Below the pieces are notes generated by a model. The model saw only the letters and a list, made by a program, of their open reading frames with translations. It was not told the DNA's origin and searched no databases. This document shows positions 17,084 through 23,422 of a stretch of 43,801 nt of DNA, in pieces. A program made the position numbers and the translations under genes. Source of the stretch: a virus; IMG/VR virus record IMGVR_UViG_3300045988_028735, positions 1 through 43,801 of that record; one strand, written 5' to 3'. Numbering within the stretch: the first letter of the stretch is position 1; the number at the start of each line of letters is the position of its first letter.

Positions 17084-17743
17084 TTGAAAGGAGTGTTTCC
17101 CATAGATAATTATTCCCTCTCCGATCTCGCGGCAGTGACCCGCGATAACGACGGCAACGGCTGGGGCTCCGGTTGGTTCCTCATCGTCGTGCTGTTCCTG
17201 TTCATGTTTGGCTTCGGCGGAAACGGCTGGAACCGTCAGGGCGAATTTGGCCAGTATGCCACGGCTGCGAGCCAGCAGGAAATTTTGTTTGGCCAGCAGT
17301 TCGGCCAGATCAACGACCGCCTGACTAACATCGGCAATGGCATCTGCAATCTCGGCTACGAAATGCAGGGCAACATCGGTCAGCTTGGCAAGGAGGTTGC
17401 GCTTGCGCAGGCAGGCACCAACACCACCATCATGCAGACCGGCAACAGCATCCAGAGCCAGCTTGCGTCTTGCTGCTGCGAGCAGCGCCTTGCGACGGCC
17501 AATCTGTCCGCACAGATGGATCGCCAGACCTGCGACATCACCACGGCTATCCACGCCGAGGGCGAAGCTACCCGCGCGATGATGCAGGCCAATGAGATGC
17601 AGGCTCTCCGCGACAAGGTGGCAAGCCTTGAAATGGACAACCGTATGTGTGGCGTCGTCCGCTATCCGAGCGGCTACACGTACAACGCAGGCTCGTCCCC
17701 TTTCTGCGGCTGCAATAGCGGCTGCTGCAACGGCAACATCTGA
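17084..17743 (+). CDS. hypothetical membrane-anchored coiled-coil protein with Cys-rich C-terminus
   Basis: A G/W/N-rich N-terminus is followed by a TM (WFLIVVLFLFMFGF), a long helical region containing CCCE, and a CGCNSGCCNGNI tail. The start is uncertain: TTG 17084, and AAAGGAG at 17087 has no canonical start after it. Confidence 0.55.
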   Translation: MKGVFPIDNYSLSDLAAVTRDNDGNGWGSGWFLIVVLFLFMFGFGGNGWNRQGEFGQYATAASQQEILFGQQFGQINDRLTNIGNGICNLGYEMQGNIGQLGKEVALAQAGTNTTIMQTGNSIQSQLASCCCEQRLATANLSAQMDRQTCDITTAIHAEGEATRAMMQANEMQALRDKVASLEMDNRMCGVVRYPSGYTYNAGSSPFCGCNSGCCNGNI

Positions 17744-17794
17744 GCAACTATTTCCAAACCGGAAACAGTTCAGGCCCTCTTTGGCCGGGTAAAT

Positions 17795-17827
17795 GGGCGA
17801 GGGCTATCCCCTCGCCCTTATTTTTTT
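17795..17827 (+). terminator. intrinsic terminator
   Basis: GGGCGAGGG-CTATC-CCCTCGCCC followed by TTATTTTTTT. Confidence 0.8.
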
Positions 17828-17845
17828 GAAAGGAGACTTTATACT

Positions 17846-18247
17846 ATGTCTTGTAAATCCGCTCTTTACACCGCCATGCAGACGCCGACTGCGGTTGCCG
17901 TCGATGGCGTTATCCCCCTCGGTAGCCTGATCCGTCGCTACGGCTGCGATATCACGCTTAACGGCAATGCCGTCAACATCGTCGGCAAGGGATATTACGA
18001 CGTTGACGCGTCTATCACCGTCGCGCCGACGGCAGCAGGCACAGTCACGGCGACGCTCTACAAGGACGGCGTTGCCGTTCCCGGCGCTACCGCTTCTGCT
18101 GCGGGCGCTGCCGGTGCTCCTGTTGTGCTGGCATTCCCCGCACTGGTGCGTCAGGCGTGCTGCGCGTCCGGCGCTGCGCTGGCGCTGGTGCTGACTGGTG
18201 CGGCATCGACCGTCAGTAACGTTGCCTTGCGCGTGCAGCGCATCTAA
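17846..18247 (+). CDS. hypothetical Ala/Gly/Val-rich beta protein (BclA-C / C1q-like by impression)
   Basis: SD AAAGGAGA precedes ATG 17846. The GKGYYDVDASITVAPTAAGTVTATLYKDG pattern resembles a jelly roll. The call is memory-based only. Confidence 0.55.
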   Translation: MSCKSALYTAMQTPTAVAVDGVIPLGSLIRRYGCDITLNGNAVNIVGKGYYDVDASITVAPTAAGTVTATLYKDGVAVPGATASAAGAAGAPVVLAFPALVRQACCASGAALALVLTGAASTVSNVALRVQRI

Positions 18248-18260
18248 AAGGAGAACGGCC

Positions 18261-18572
18261 ATGAAGTTGATTGAAAAACTCTCCGAGATGGTCGACGAGG
18301 AAATCGAGGACGCGATGAAGTACGCGAAATGCGCCATCGAGTACAAGGACGAATATCCTGCTCTCGCGAAGACATTCTACGATCTCTCCGGCGAAGAAAT
18401 GCGGCACATGACGATGCTCCACGCCGAGGTTGCTGGCGTCATTCAGAAGTACCGGCAGGAGCACGGCGAGCCGCCCGAGGGCATGAAGTGTCTCTATGAC
18501 TATCTGCACAGGAAGCAGATCGAGAGAGCGGCCGAGGTTCGGACGATGCAAGGGATGTTTCGTGAGGGATGA
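18261..18572 (+). CDS. hypothetical four-helix, ferritin/rubrerythrin-like small protein
   Basis: SD AAAGGAGA precedes ATG 18261. The protein is helical and contains LSGEEMRHMTMLH. Confidence 0.55.
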   Translation: MKLIEKLSEMVDEEIEDAMKYAKCAIEYKDEYPALAKTFYDLSGEEMRHMTMLHAEVAGVIQKYRQEHGEPPEGMKCLYDYLHRKQIERAAEVRTMQGMFREG

Positions 18573-18603
18573 GCGAGCCTAAAAAATGACGCACTATTAG
18601 ACC

Positions 18604-18640
18604 AAAAGGCCTCTGCCCATTGCGGACAGAGGCCTTTTAT
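18604..18640 (+). terminator. intrinsic terminator
   Basis: GGCCTCTG-(11-nt loop)-CAGAGGCC followed by TTTTAT. Confidence 0.75.
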
Positions 18641-18642
18641 GC

Positions 18643-18667
18643 GAGGGTAACTGCGGGGGTAACAGGA
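18643..18667 (+). repeat. paired GGGTAAC/GGGGGTAAC motif (putative Int arm-type site, left)
   Basis: GAGGGTAACTGCGGGGGTAACAGGA closely resembles the sequence at 18840-18864. Confidence 0.45.
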
Positions 18668-18715
18668 TAGAAATATTGGGCATAATCGAGAATTTGCCAG
18701 AATAGTCTAAATATG

Positions 18716-18752
18716 AAAAAACCTCGGAACCGCAACGGTTTCGAGGTTTTTT
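18716..18752. terminator. bidirectional intrinsic terminator
   Basis: AAAAA-ACCTCGGAACCG-CAA-CGGTTTCGAGGT-TTTTT. It lies downstream of int on the minus strand. Confidence 0.75.
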
Positions 18753-18754
18753 CT

Positions 18755-18804
18755 TGGTCCGAGTGGCGAGACTTGAACTCACGGCCTCTTGACCCCCAGT
18801 CACC
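18755..18804 (-). other. attP core: 3' portion of a tRNA-Pro(GGG)-like gene (not a complete tRNA)
   Basis: The minus strand reads GGTGA CTGGGGG TCAAG AGGCC GTGAG TTCAAGT CTCGC CACTCGG A CCA. The T-arm, acceptor 3' strand, A73 and CCA are canonical. There is no 5' acceptor or D-arm. The fragment is adjacent to the integrase. Confidence 0.65.
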
Positions 18805-18839
18805 GAAAAACGACGGAATATCAACGGGAAATCGTTCGA

Positions 18840-18864
18840 TGGGGGTAACGAGGGGGTAACAGAA
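18840..18864 (+). repeat. paired GGGGGTAAC motif (putative Int arm-type site, right)
   Basis: TGGGGGTAACGAGGGGGTAACAGAA lies between the core and the int stop. Confidence 0.45.
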
Positions 18865-18867
18865 AAA

Positions 18868-19995
18868 TTATATCGCATCGGTGATTTTTCGAAGGTCGGT
18901 AAGGTTGACATCCTGATAATACCGCAGCATTTCGGGGCTTGCGTGACCGATCAGCTCGAGTTTGTCCTTGTCCGATGCCTGAATGTTTTTCATCAGCGTC
19001 GCGAACGTATGACGGCACGTATGCGGGGAGTACTTGTGCCGCTTGTTTTCGATTGGGTTGTCAATGCCGATTGCCTTTAATGTGGGATAGAAAACCTCGT
19101 CGCGAAAATAGTCATACCTGAATGCTTTTCCTTCTTCGTTACAGAATAGCGCGCCGGATATCTTGTCTTTCGCCAGCCGGTCAATGATGGGCTGAATCTT
19201 TGGCGAGATCGTGACGGTTCTATTCTTGCCCGCTTCGGTCTTGATACCCGCGCGGAGGACTTTTTCTTTCTTATCGTAGTTATCAATCGACAGGCCGAGA
19301 AACTCTGTAGGGCGGAAGCCGAGGTAACACATGCAGTAGATATAGTCGGCGTATGGAATTACGTCGCACGCCTCTTTTATCTTCTTGATCTGGTCGGCAT
19401 CAAAGCTCGCGCGCGGCGCAGCGTTTTCACCGGTGACGGTGAGATACGGGGCCATACTCATAGGGGCATATCCGCGCGGAACGGCATACTTGTAGATCAG
19501 GCTGCACACGGTGCGCATATTCTTTTTCGTCTGTTTGGCGCGCGGGCAGTCATCAATGCATTCTTGGATGTCATCAATCTCGACCGCGGCCAGCTTCATA
19601 AATTCGATCGGTGCAAAATACTTTTCGGCAGCGGCGTAGCAATTCAGCGTGGACTTGTCGGCGCGATGCGTTGGGAACCAAAGCTCATATGCCTTGCGCC
19701 AAGTGATATCCTTTTCACGGGGCTTTTGCGTCCGCAGCATAGGGATATATTCTAAGGCTTCTCGTTTTGTGCGGAAGCCGCATTTTTTCGCTTTCACGCG
19801 GGTCAGCTTGCCGGCTTCTTCACGGTAGCCTTTGGTGATTTCGGCTACCCATGAAGAGCCGCGCTTATAGACCGTCCCCGTCCCGTTGCCGCGCTTTGTG
19901 GCTTTTCGGTCGACAGATGCTTGCTTTTTGCCGCACATAGGACAAAACAGCGCGCCATCCGGCAGCGCTGCTTTACATTTGATGCAATTTGCCAT
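18868..19995 (-). CDS. int: tyrosine integrase with N-terminal zinc ribbon
   Basis: CIKCKAALPDGALFCPMCGK at the N-terminus. HTCRHTFATLM ... GHASPEMLRYY is the catalytic R-H-R-Y signature region. Confidence 0.9.
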   Translation of the reverse strand: MANCIKCKAALPDGALFCPMCGKKQASVDRKATKRGNGTGTVYKRGSSWVAEITKGYREEAGKLTRVKAKKCGFRTKREALEYIPMLRTQKPREKDITWRKAYELWFPTHRADKSTLNCYAAAEKYFAPIEFMKLAAVEIDDIQECIDDCPRAKQTKKNMRTVCSLIYKYAVPRGYAPMSMAPYLTVTGENAAPRASFDADQIKKIKEACDVIPYADYIYCMCYLGFRPTEFLGLSIDNYDKKEKVLRAGIKTEAGKNRTVTISPKIQPIIDRLAKDKISGALFCNEEGKAFRYDYFRDEVFYPTLKAIGIDNPIENKRHKYSPHTCRHTFATLMKNIQASDKDKLELIGHASPEMLRYYQDVNLTDLRKITDAI

Positions 19996-19996
19996 G

Positions 19997-20410
19997 TCAG
20001 CCCCTCCAAAATCCGTAATCTATACAATGAAAATCAATGTACACACACCACACAGTGAGAAAAACGATGATGAGGAACATTATAGCAACCACGCCGTTAC
20101 GGATACGAACACCGCGCCGCATGATCTCGATCGTGTCCGCTTTCGCGTCAACGTGGCGTTCCAGCTCATCGTTGCGCGCTTGCAAGGTTTCCTCGGTCGG
20201 CGTCAAGTGTTCGGTAATTCCGAATATTTCGTCAAGGGATATGCCGAGCACCTTGCAGATCGGCGCGACAGTGTAAATGGACGGGGCTTTCGACAGCTTG
20301 GAAAAGAAGTTCTGGACGGTGGACAGCGGCACGCCGGAAGCGTCGGAAATGTCCTGATAGGTCAGTTTCAGTTCTTCTTTACGGATTCTACACAGCTCTT
20401 GAATGTTCAT
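19997..20410 (-). CDS. XRE-family HTH protein with C-terminal transmembrane anchor
   Basis: The HTH is LTYQDISDASGVPLSTVQNFFS, followed by a coiled segment and the TM GVVAIMFLIIVFLTVWCVYI. SD AAGGTGATG. Confidence 0.75.
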   Translation of the reverse strand: MNIQELCRIRKEELKLTYQDISDASGVPLSTVQNFFSKLSKAPSIYTVAPICKVLGISLDEIFGITEHLTPTEETLQARNDELERHVDAKADTIEIMRRGVRIRNGVVAIMFLIIVFLTVWCVYIDFHCIDYGFWRG

Positions 20411-20579
20411 TTACATCACCTTAACTTTTCTGGTTTCTGCCCGTTTGGTGTGCCAAAAGTGGGTCTGTCGAACGCGGTCGAATGCCGTCATGTTGCAAAG
20501 TCTTGGTATTGAAGTGGTAAGGTAAAGTGCGATAAGGTCAAAGCAAGCAGCGGCGACCGCTCCCCGCTGCTGCTGAAAA

Positions 20580-20616
20580 GCCCTCGCCGGTGTTGCAGAG
20601 GCGGCGAGGGCCTTTT
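20580..20616. terminator. bidirectional intrinsic terminator
   Basis: GCCCTCGCC-(14-nt loop)-GGCGAGGGC with a T-run on either strand. It lies just downstream of the 20623 stop. Confidence 0.7.
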
Positions 20617-20622
20617 CAAAAC

Positions 20623-21408
20623 TTAATCCCAGCACACCGGGCAAGCACCATATCCGATAGATTGGCAGTATTCGATATTGTGAGCCCAATATTCACTTGC
20701 TGCTTGAAACACCGGGCATTCGTAATTGTGGTAGTACGATGACCCGTTGACGATAAATCCAATGTTGTTGTACAAGAAAAGAGCTGCGTCCAGATGGTCA
20801 TATAGGCCCTCTTTCTGAGCCTTGATGCGGGCAATCTCGGTATTCAAGTCTCCGACTTTTGTTCTGTATTCTTTAATAGCTTCTTCTTTTTGAGTAATCT
20901 TGTTATTGAGCACGCGGATTTCCTCGGCAGATTCCGCCGAATTGTTTGCCCATGAAATGCCCTGCCAGACATTTCCAGCGAGGCTTAACGTAAGGGCGAC
21001 AACAAGGCCAATCACCAACGCCCGCGGCGCAGCCTTTTTAACCTTATTTTCGGGGATGACGGCAGGCAACTCCGGCTCGGACGGGACGGAATCAGGCGAA
21101 GCCGGAGCTGCCTGCGTGGGGGTGGCGGGTTGAACCGGCGGATAGTTGCGCGTTTCAAAGTAGCTTCGATTCCACCAATAGAAAATGCTGCCCCAAAGAA
21201 GAGCAGGGGAAAAACTGATGTCGTACCCATTAGAAAAATCATAGACGGAAAATGCAAATGCCAAAATAGCTGTGTACCCAATGTGCAGCCATTTTAGAGC
21301 CTTTGATGAAATGGGGCCTTTTCGCAACCGCAAGAGAAGAGGCCCTGCGCCATATACGGAAGCAGTCAACGCGAGAGAACACAATGCAGACGCCACATTA
21401 AACGGCAT
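20623..21408 (-). CDS. multi-pass membrane protein with Pro-rich linker, coiled coil and Cys/His C-terminal domain (superinfection-exclusion candidate)
   Basis: 261 aa with 3-4 hydrophobic helices. The C-terminus is YYHNYECPVF...HNIEYCQSIGYGACPVCWD. It lies between int and the repressor. Confidence 0.65.
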   Translation of the reverse strand: MPFNVASALCSLALTASVYGAGPLLLRLRKGPISSKALKWLHIGYTAILAFAFSVYDFSNGYDISFSPALLWGSIFYWWNRSYFETRNYPPVQPATPTQAAPASPDSVPSEPELPAVIPENKVKKAAPRALVIGLVVALTLSLAGNVWQGISWANNSAESAEEIRVLNNKITQKEEAIKEYRTKVGDLNTEIARIKAQKEGLYDHLDAALFLYNNIGFIVNGSSYYHNYECPVFQAASEYWAHNIEYCQSIGYGACPVCWD

Positions 21409-21605
21409 AATATCACTTCCTCATTTTACGCGGAAAACCGAAAGAATCAGGCTTACTATCTTCTTTATTACGCGACGCTGGTATCGTGCGCGCTTTTCAA
21501 AATATTCTGGGTCGTTATACATTCCCATGGAAGCACGCCCTCGTGGTGAAAATGGTTGATTTATGAGAGATAATAGGTGAAACAACTTGAACGGAGGATA
21601 CATAG

Positions 21606-21740
21606 ATGCAACGCTTATATCAAGACGCAAAAGCCAACGCCGATAATATCACTGCAGAAGACCGCGCATTCCTTGAGGCCATTCAAGATGAAGAAAAACG
21701 GAGAGCAGTCATTGAACTGCTGAAAGGAGCAAAAAGATGA
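21606..21740 (+). CDS. hypothetical 44-aa helical peptide
   Basis: SD GGAGGA is followed by 7 nt and ATG. This is the only plausible ORF in the 21631-21832 gap. A promoter-like element lies upstream at 21542-21574. Confidence 0.4.
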   Translation: MQRLYQDAKANADNITAEDRAFLEAIQDEEKRRAVIELLKGAKR

Positions 21741-21832
21741 AGATTTTATTTTGCATTTGCACAGCGTTATCCATGTTCTTTAGCGTGTGGGCCGTTCTCG
21801 GGCAAATCAAACTGCGTAAAATGAGAGACAGG

Positions 21833-22201
21833 TTAAATGAGCTTGAATGCTGCCAATATCCCCAGCAGAAGAGAGCCGCCAGCGAAGAGCATCGATGCAA
21901 AGGATACCCATTTGTTGACAATAGCATAATGTTCCATTTTTGCATTTTCTTGACGGATATATTGCTGTTCGCGGCGCTTCTCCTCATGTTCTGCGCTTAG
22001 TTTTGCATAATAAGCTCGCCCAATTGGCGTAATTTTTACTGATGAATGCGCCGCAAGAGACCCGGAAATATATCCGCCGTGCAGCAGCAGCCGCAACGAG
22101 CCGGACGTCTCCTGCACGGATTTGTCAGTATTCATCAGCGCCGACCATTCCATTTCACCGCCGCTCTCAAAGAGGGCTTTCAATACGTCGAATTCAGACA
22201 C
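21833..22201 (-). CDS. winged-helix-like protein with C-terminal transmembrane anchor
   Basis: SD AAGGGGG precedes GTG 22201; the track start is TTG 22207, overlapping the upstream stop. It contains DVLKALFESGGEMEWSALMN...LLLHGGYISG...ITPIGRAYY and the TM SMLFAGGSLLLGILAAF. Confidence 0.55.
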   Translation of the reverse strand: MSEFDVLKALFESGGEMEWSALMNTDKSVQETSGSLRLLLHGGYISGSLAAHSSVKITPIGRAYYAKLSAEHEEKRREQQYIRQENAKMEHYAIVNKWVSFASMLFAGGSLLLGILAAFKLI

Positions 22202-22203
22202 AA

Positions 22204-22545
22204 TCAATCCCCCTTGATCCCAAGTAGCGTGCGGATCGCCTCTTTTGTGCGGGCGTCCGCGTCATGGTATGCCTGCAACAATTCAAAATCAGTATATTTT
22301 ATGCCCTCGCCCTCTGTGGCGGGGGCTTTTTCTGCGCCGAGCACGCGGTCGACGGTCACGCCGAAGTAGTCCGCAATCTTTTGGGCGGTGTCGGTTTGGA
22401 TATTCTTCTTCGTTCCGTTTTTTAGACCCGTCAAAATGCTCTTGCTCATGCCTAATTCGACACACATTCTGCCCGGCTTTACTCCGCGCTCATCGCACAA
22501 TGATTTGATGTTGTTGTAAATAGTACACATATAAAAAATACCCAT
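22204..22545 (-). CDS. cI-like XRE-family repressor
   Basis: The HTH is RMCVELGMSKSILTGLKNG. The gene is divergent from the early operon. An alternative start is ATG 22530. Confidence 0.8.
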   Translation of the reverse strand: MGIFYMCTIYNNIKSLCDERGVKPGRMCVELGMSKSILTGLKNGTKKNIQTDTAQKIADYFGVTVDRVLGAEKAPATEGEGIKYTDFELLQAYHDADARTKEAIRTLLGIKGD

Positions 22546-22588
22546 TTTGTACAGGTTGACAAAAGGTGCATTTCCGTGAACAAATTCA

Positions 22589-22617
22589 TTGACAAGTTTG
22601 CGCTAATGTACTATTAT
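22589..22617 (+). promoter_or_regulatory. rightward (early/lytic) sigma-70-type promoter
   Basis: TTGACA (22589-22594), a 17-nt spacer, and TATTAT (22612-22617). Confidence 0.7.
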
Positions 22618-22620
22618 AAA

Positions 22621-22639
22621 TACCGTAAGGTTCACGGTA
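22621..22639. promoter_or_regulatory. operator-like inverted repeat TACCGT-N7-ACGGTA
   Basis: It sits at the predicted rightward TSS. The related half-site CCGTGAAC (22574-22581) is the reverse complement of GTTCACGG (22630-22637). Confidence 0.45.
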
Positions 22640-22668
22640 ATGCGCTTATTCTGTTTGGTGGTACTCAC

Positions 22669-22697
22669 ATTATAAGTACTTTCCCGCGAACTGTCAA
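22669..22697 (-). promoter_or_regulatory. leftward (repressor) consensus sigma-70 promoter
   Basis: The minus strand reads TTGACA (complement of 22692-22697), a 17-nt spacer, and TATAAT (complement of 22669-22674). Confidence 0.7.
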
Positions 22698-22983
22698 GAG
22701 CCTTTTGTGATAGGGTGAGGCAAACGCGCGGTTGAGAATGCGGCGGGTCGCCTTCCAGCCGTATCTCGTCACACTTTGTTTCCGCCGCGTTGCGGGTGCA
22801 GGCGAGCACCCCTCGGCGCGGTTGAACGGCTTCGTATGAGAAACGGGTGCGCTGTCCGCACCGCTGTCCGTTCAGTTACCGGGAACACAGGAAATTAGGC
22901 ATGAAGCCTGCGATAGCCGATGTGGCCTGCATGGGCATCACCCCTTTCCGCACGTGCAGTTTTATTCTATCACAAAAGGTTCT
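22697..22983 (+). ncRNA. candidate structured leader RNA closed by a 13-bp (extendable to 17-bp) stem
   Basis: CCTTTTGTGATAG (22701-22713) is the exact reverse complement of CTATCACAAAAGG (22967-22979). The GC-rich interior has several local hairpins and no convincing ORF. Confidence 0.35.
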
Positions 22984-23015
22984 CTAATTCAAACTATTTG
23001 AATGGAGGGAATGAC

Positions 23016-23207
23016 TTGTTTTACGAACTGCTGAAAGAAGTGTGCAAGAAGAAGCGCACAAGCCCAAGCGCGGTGTGCCTTGCGCTCGGCATGAGCAAAA
23101 GCAATGTGACGAAGTGGAAAGCAGGGAGAAGCCCGAAGATCGACACCGTCGTGCGCATTGCGAAACACCTGAATGTGCCGGTGACGCGGCTGATCCCGAA
23201 GGAGTAA
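23016..23207 (+). CDS. Cro-like XRE-family HTH protein
   Basis: SD GGAGGG is followed by 6 nt and TTG 23016; the track start 22920 is an extension. The HTH is AVCLALGMSKSNVTKWKAG. Confidence 0.6.
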   Translation: MFYELLKEVCKKKRTSPSAVCLALGMSKSNVTKWKAGRSPKIDTVVRIAKHLNVPVTRLIPKE

Positions 23208-23218
23208 GGAGGTAGAAA

Positions 23219-23422
23219 ATGATTCTGGATAACATCCGGGAATTGTGCGCGTCCAAGGGGATTTCTCTATCTGCGCTCGAAAAGGAGCTTGGATTTGGGA
23301 ACAGCACCATTTCGAAGTGGGCAAAGTGCAGCCCTACCGTTGAAAAATTGGCGATGGTAGCCAACTATTTCGGGGTAACGGTGGATGACCTGCTGAAAGA
23401 GAAGAGAGGGCGCAAAAGATGA
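23219..23422 (+). CDS. XRE-family HTH protein
   Basis: SD TAAGGAGG. The HTH is LSALEKELGFGNSTISKWAK. Confidence 0.75.
   Translation: MILDNIRELCASKGISLSALEKELGFGNSTISKWAKCSPTVEKLAMVANYFGVTVDDLLKEKRGRKR

Noticed and set aside
18755-18804. A complete tRNA gene
   Set aside because: Only the anticodon loop through CCA is tRNA-like. The required 5' acceptor strand (CCGAGTG) and D-arm are absent upstream, and the 5' anticodon-stem strand pairs at only 3 of 5 positions. It is therefore interpreted as an attP core fragment.
20411-20689. 92-aa minus-strand ORF between the HTH-TM gene and the membrane protein gene
   Set aside because: It runs straight through two strong hairpins and the terminator (20546-20616), overlaps the end of the 20623 gene, and has no SD.
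22603-22809. 68-aa minus-strand ORF in the switch region (also a 28-aa plus ORF at 22901-22987)
   Set aside because: The 68-aa ORF spans both promoters and the operator. It has no SD and odd composition. The 28-aa ORF has only a weak SD and lies inside the structured element.
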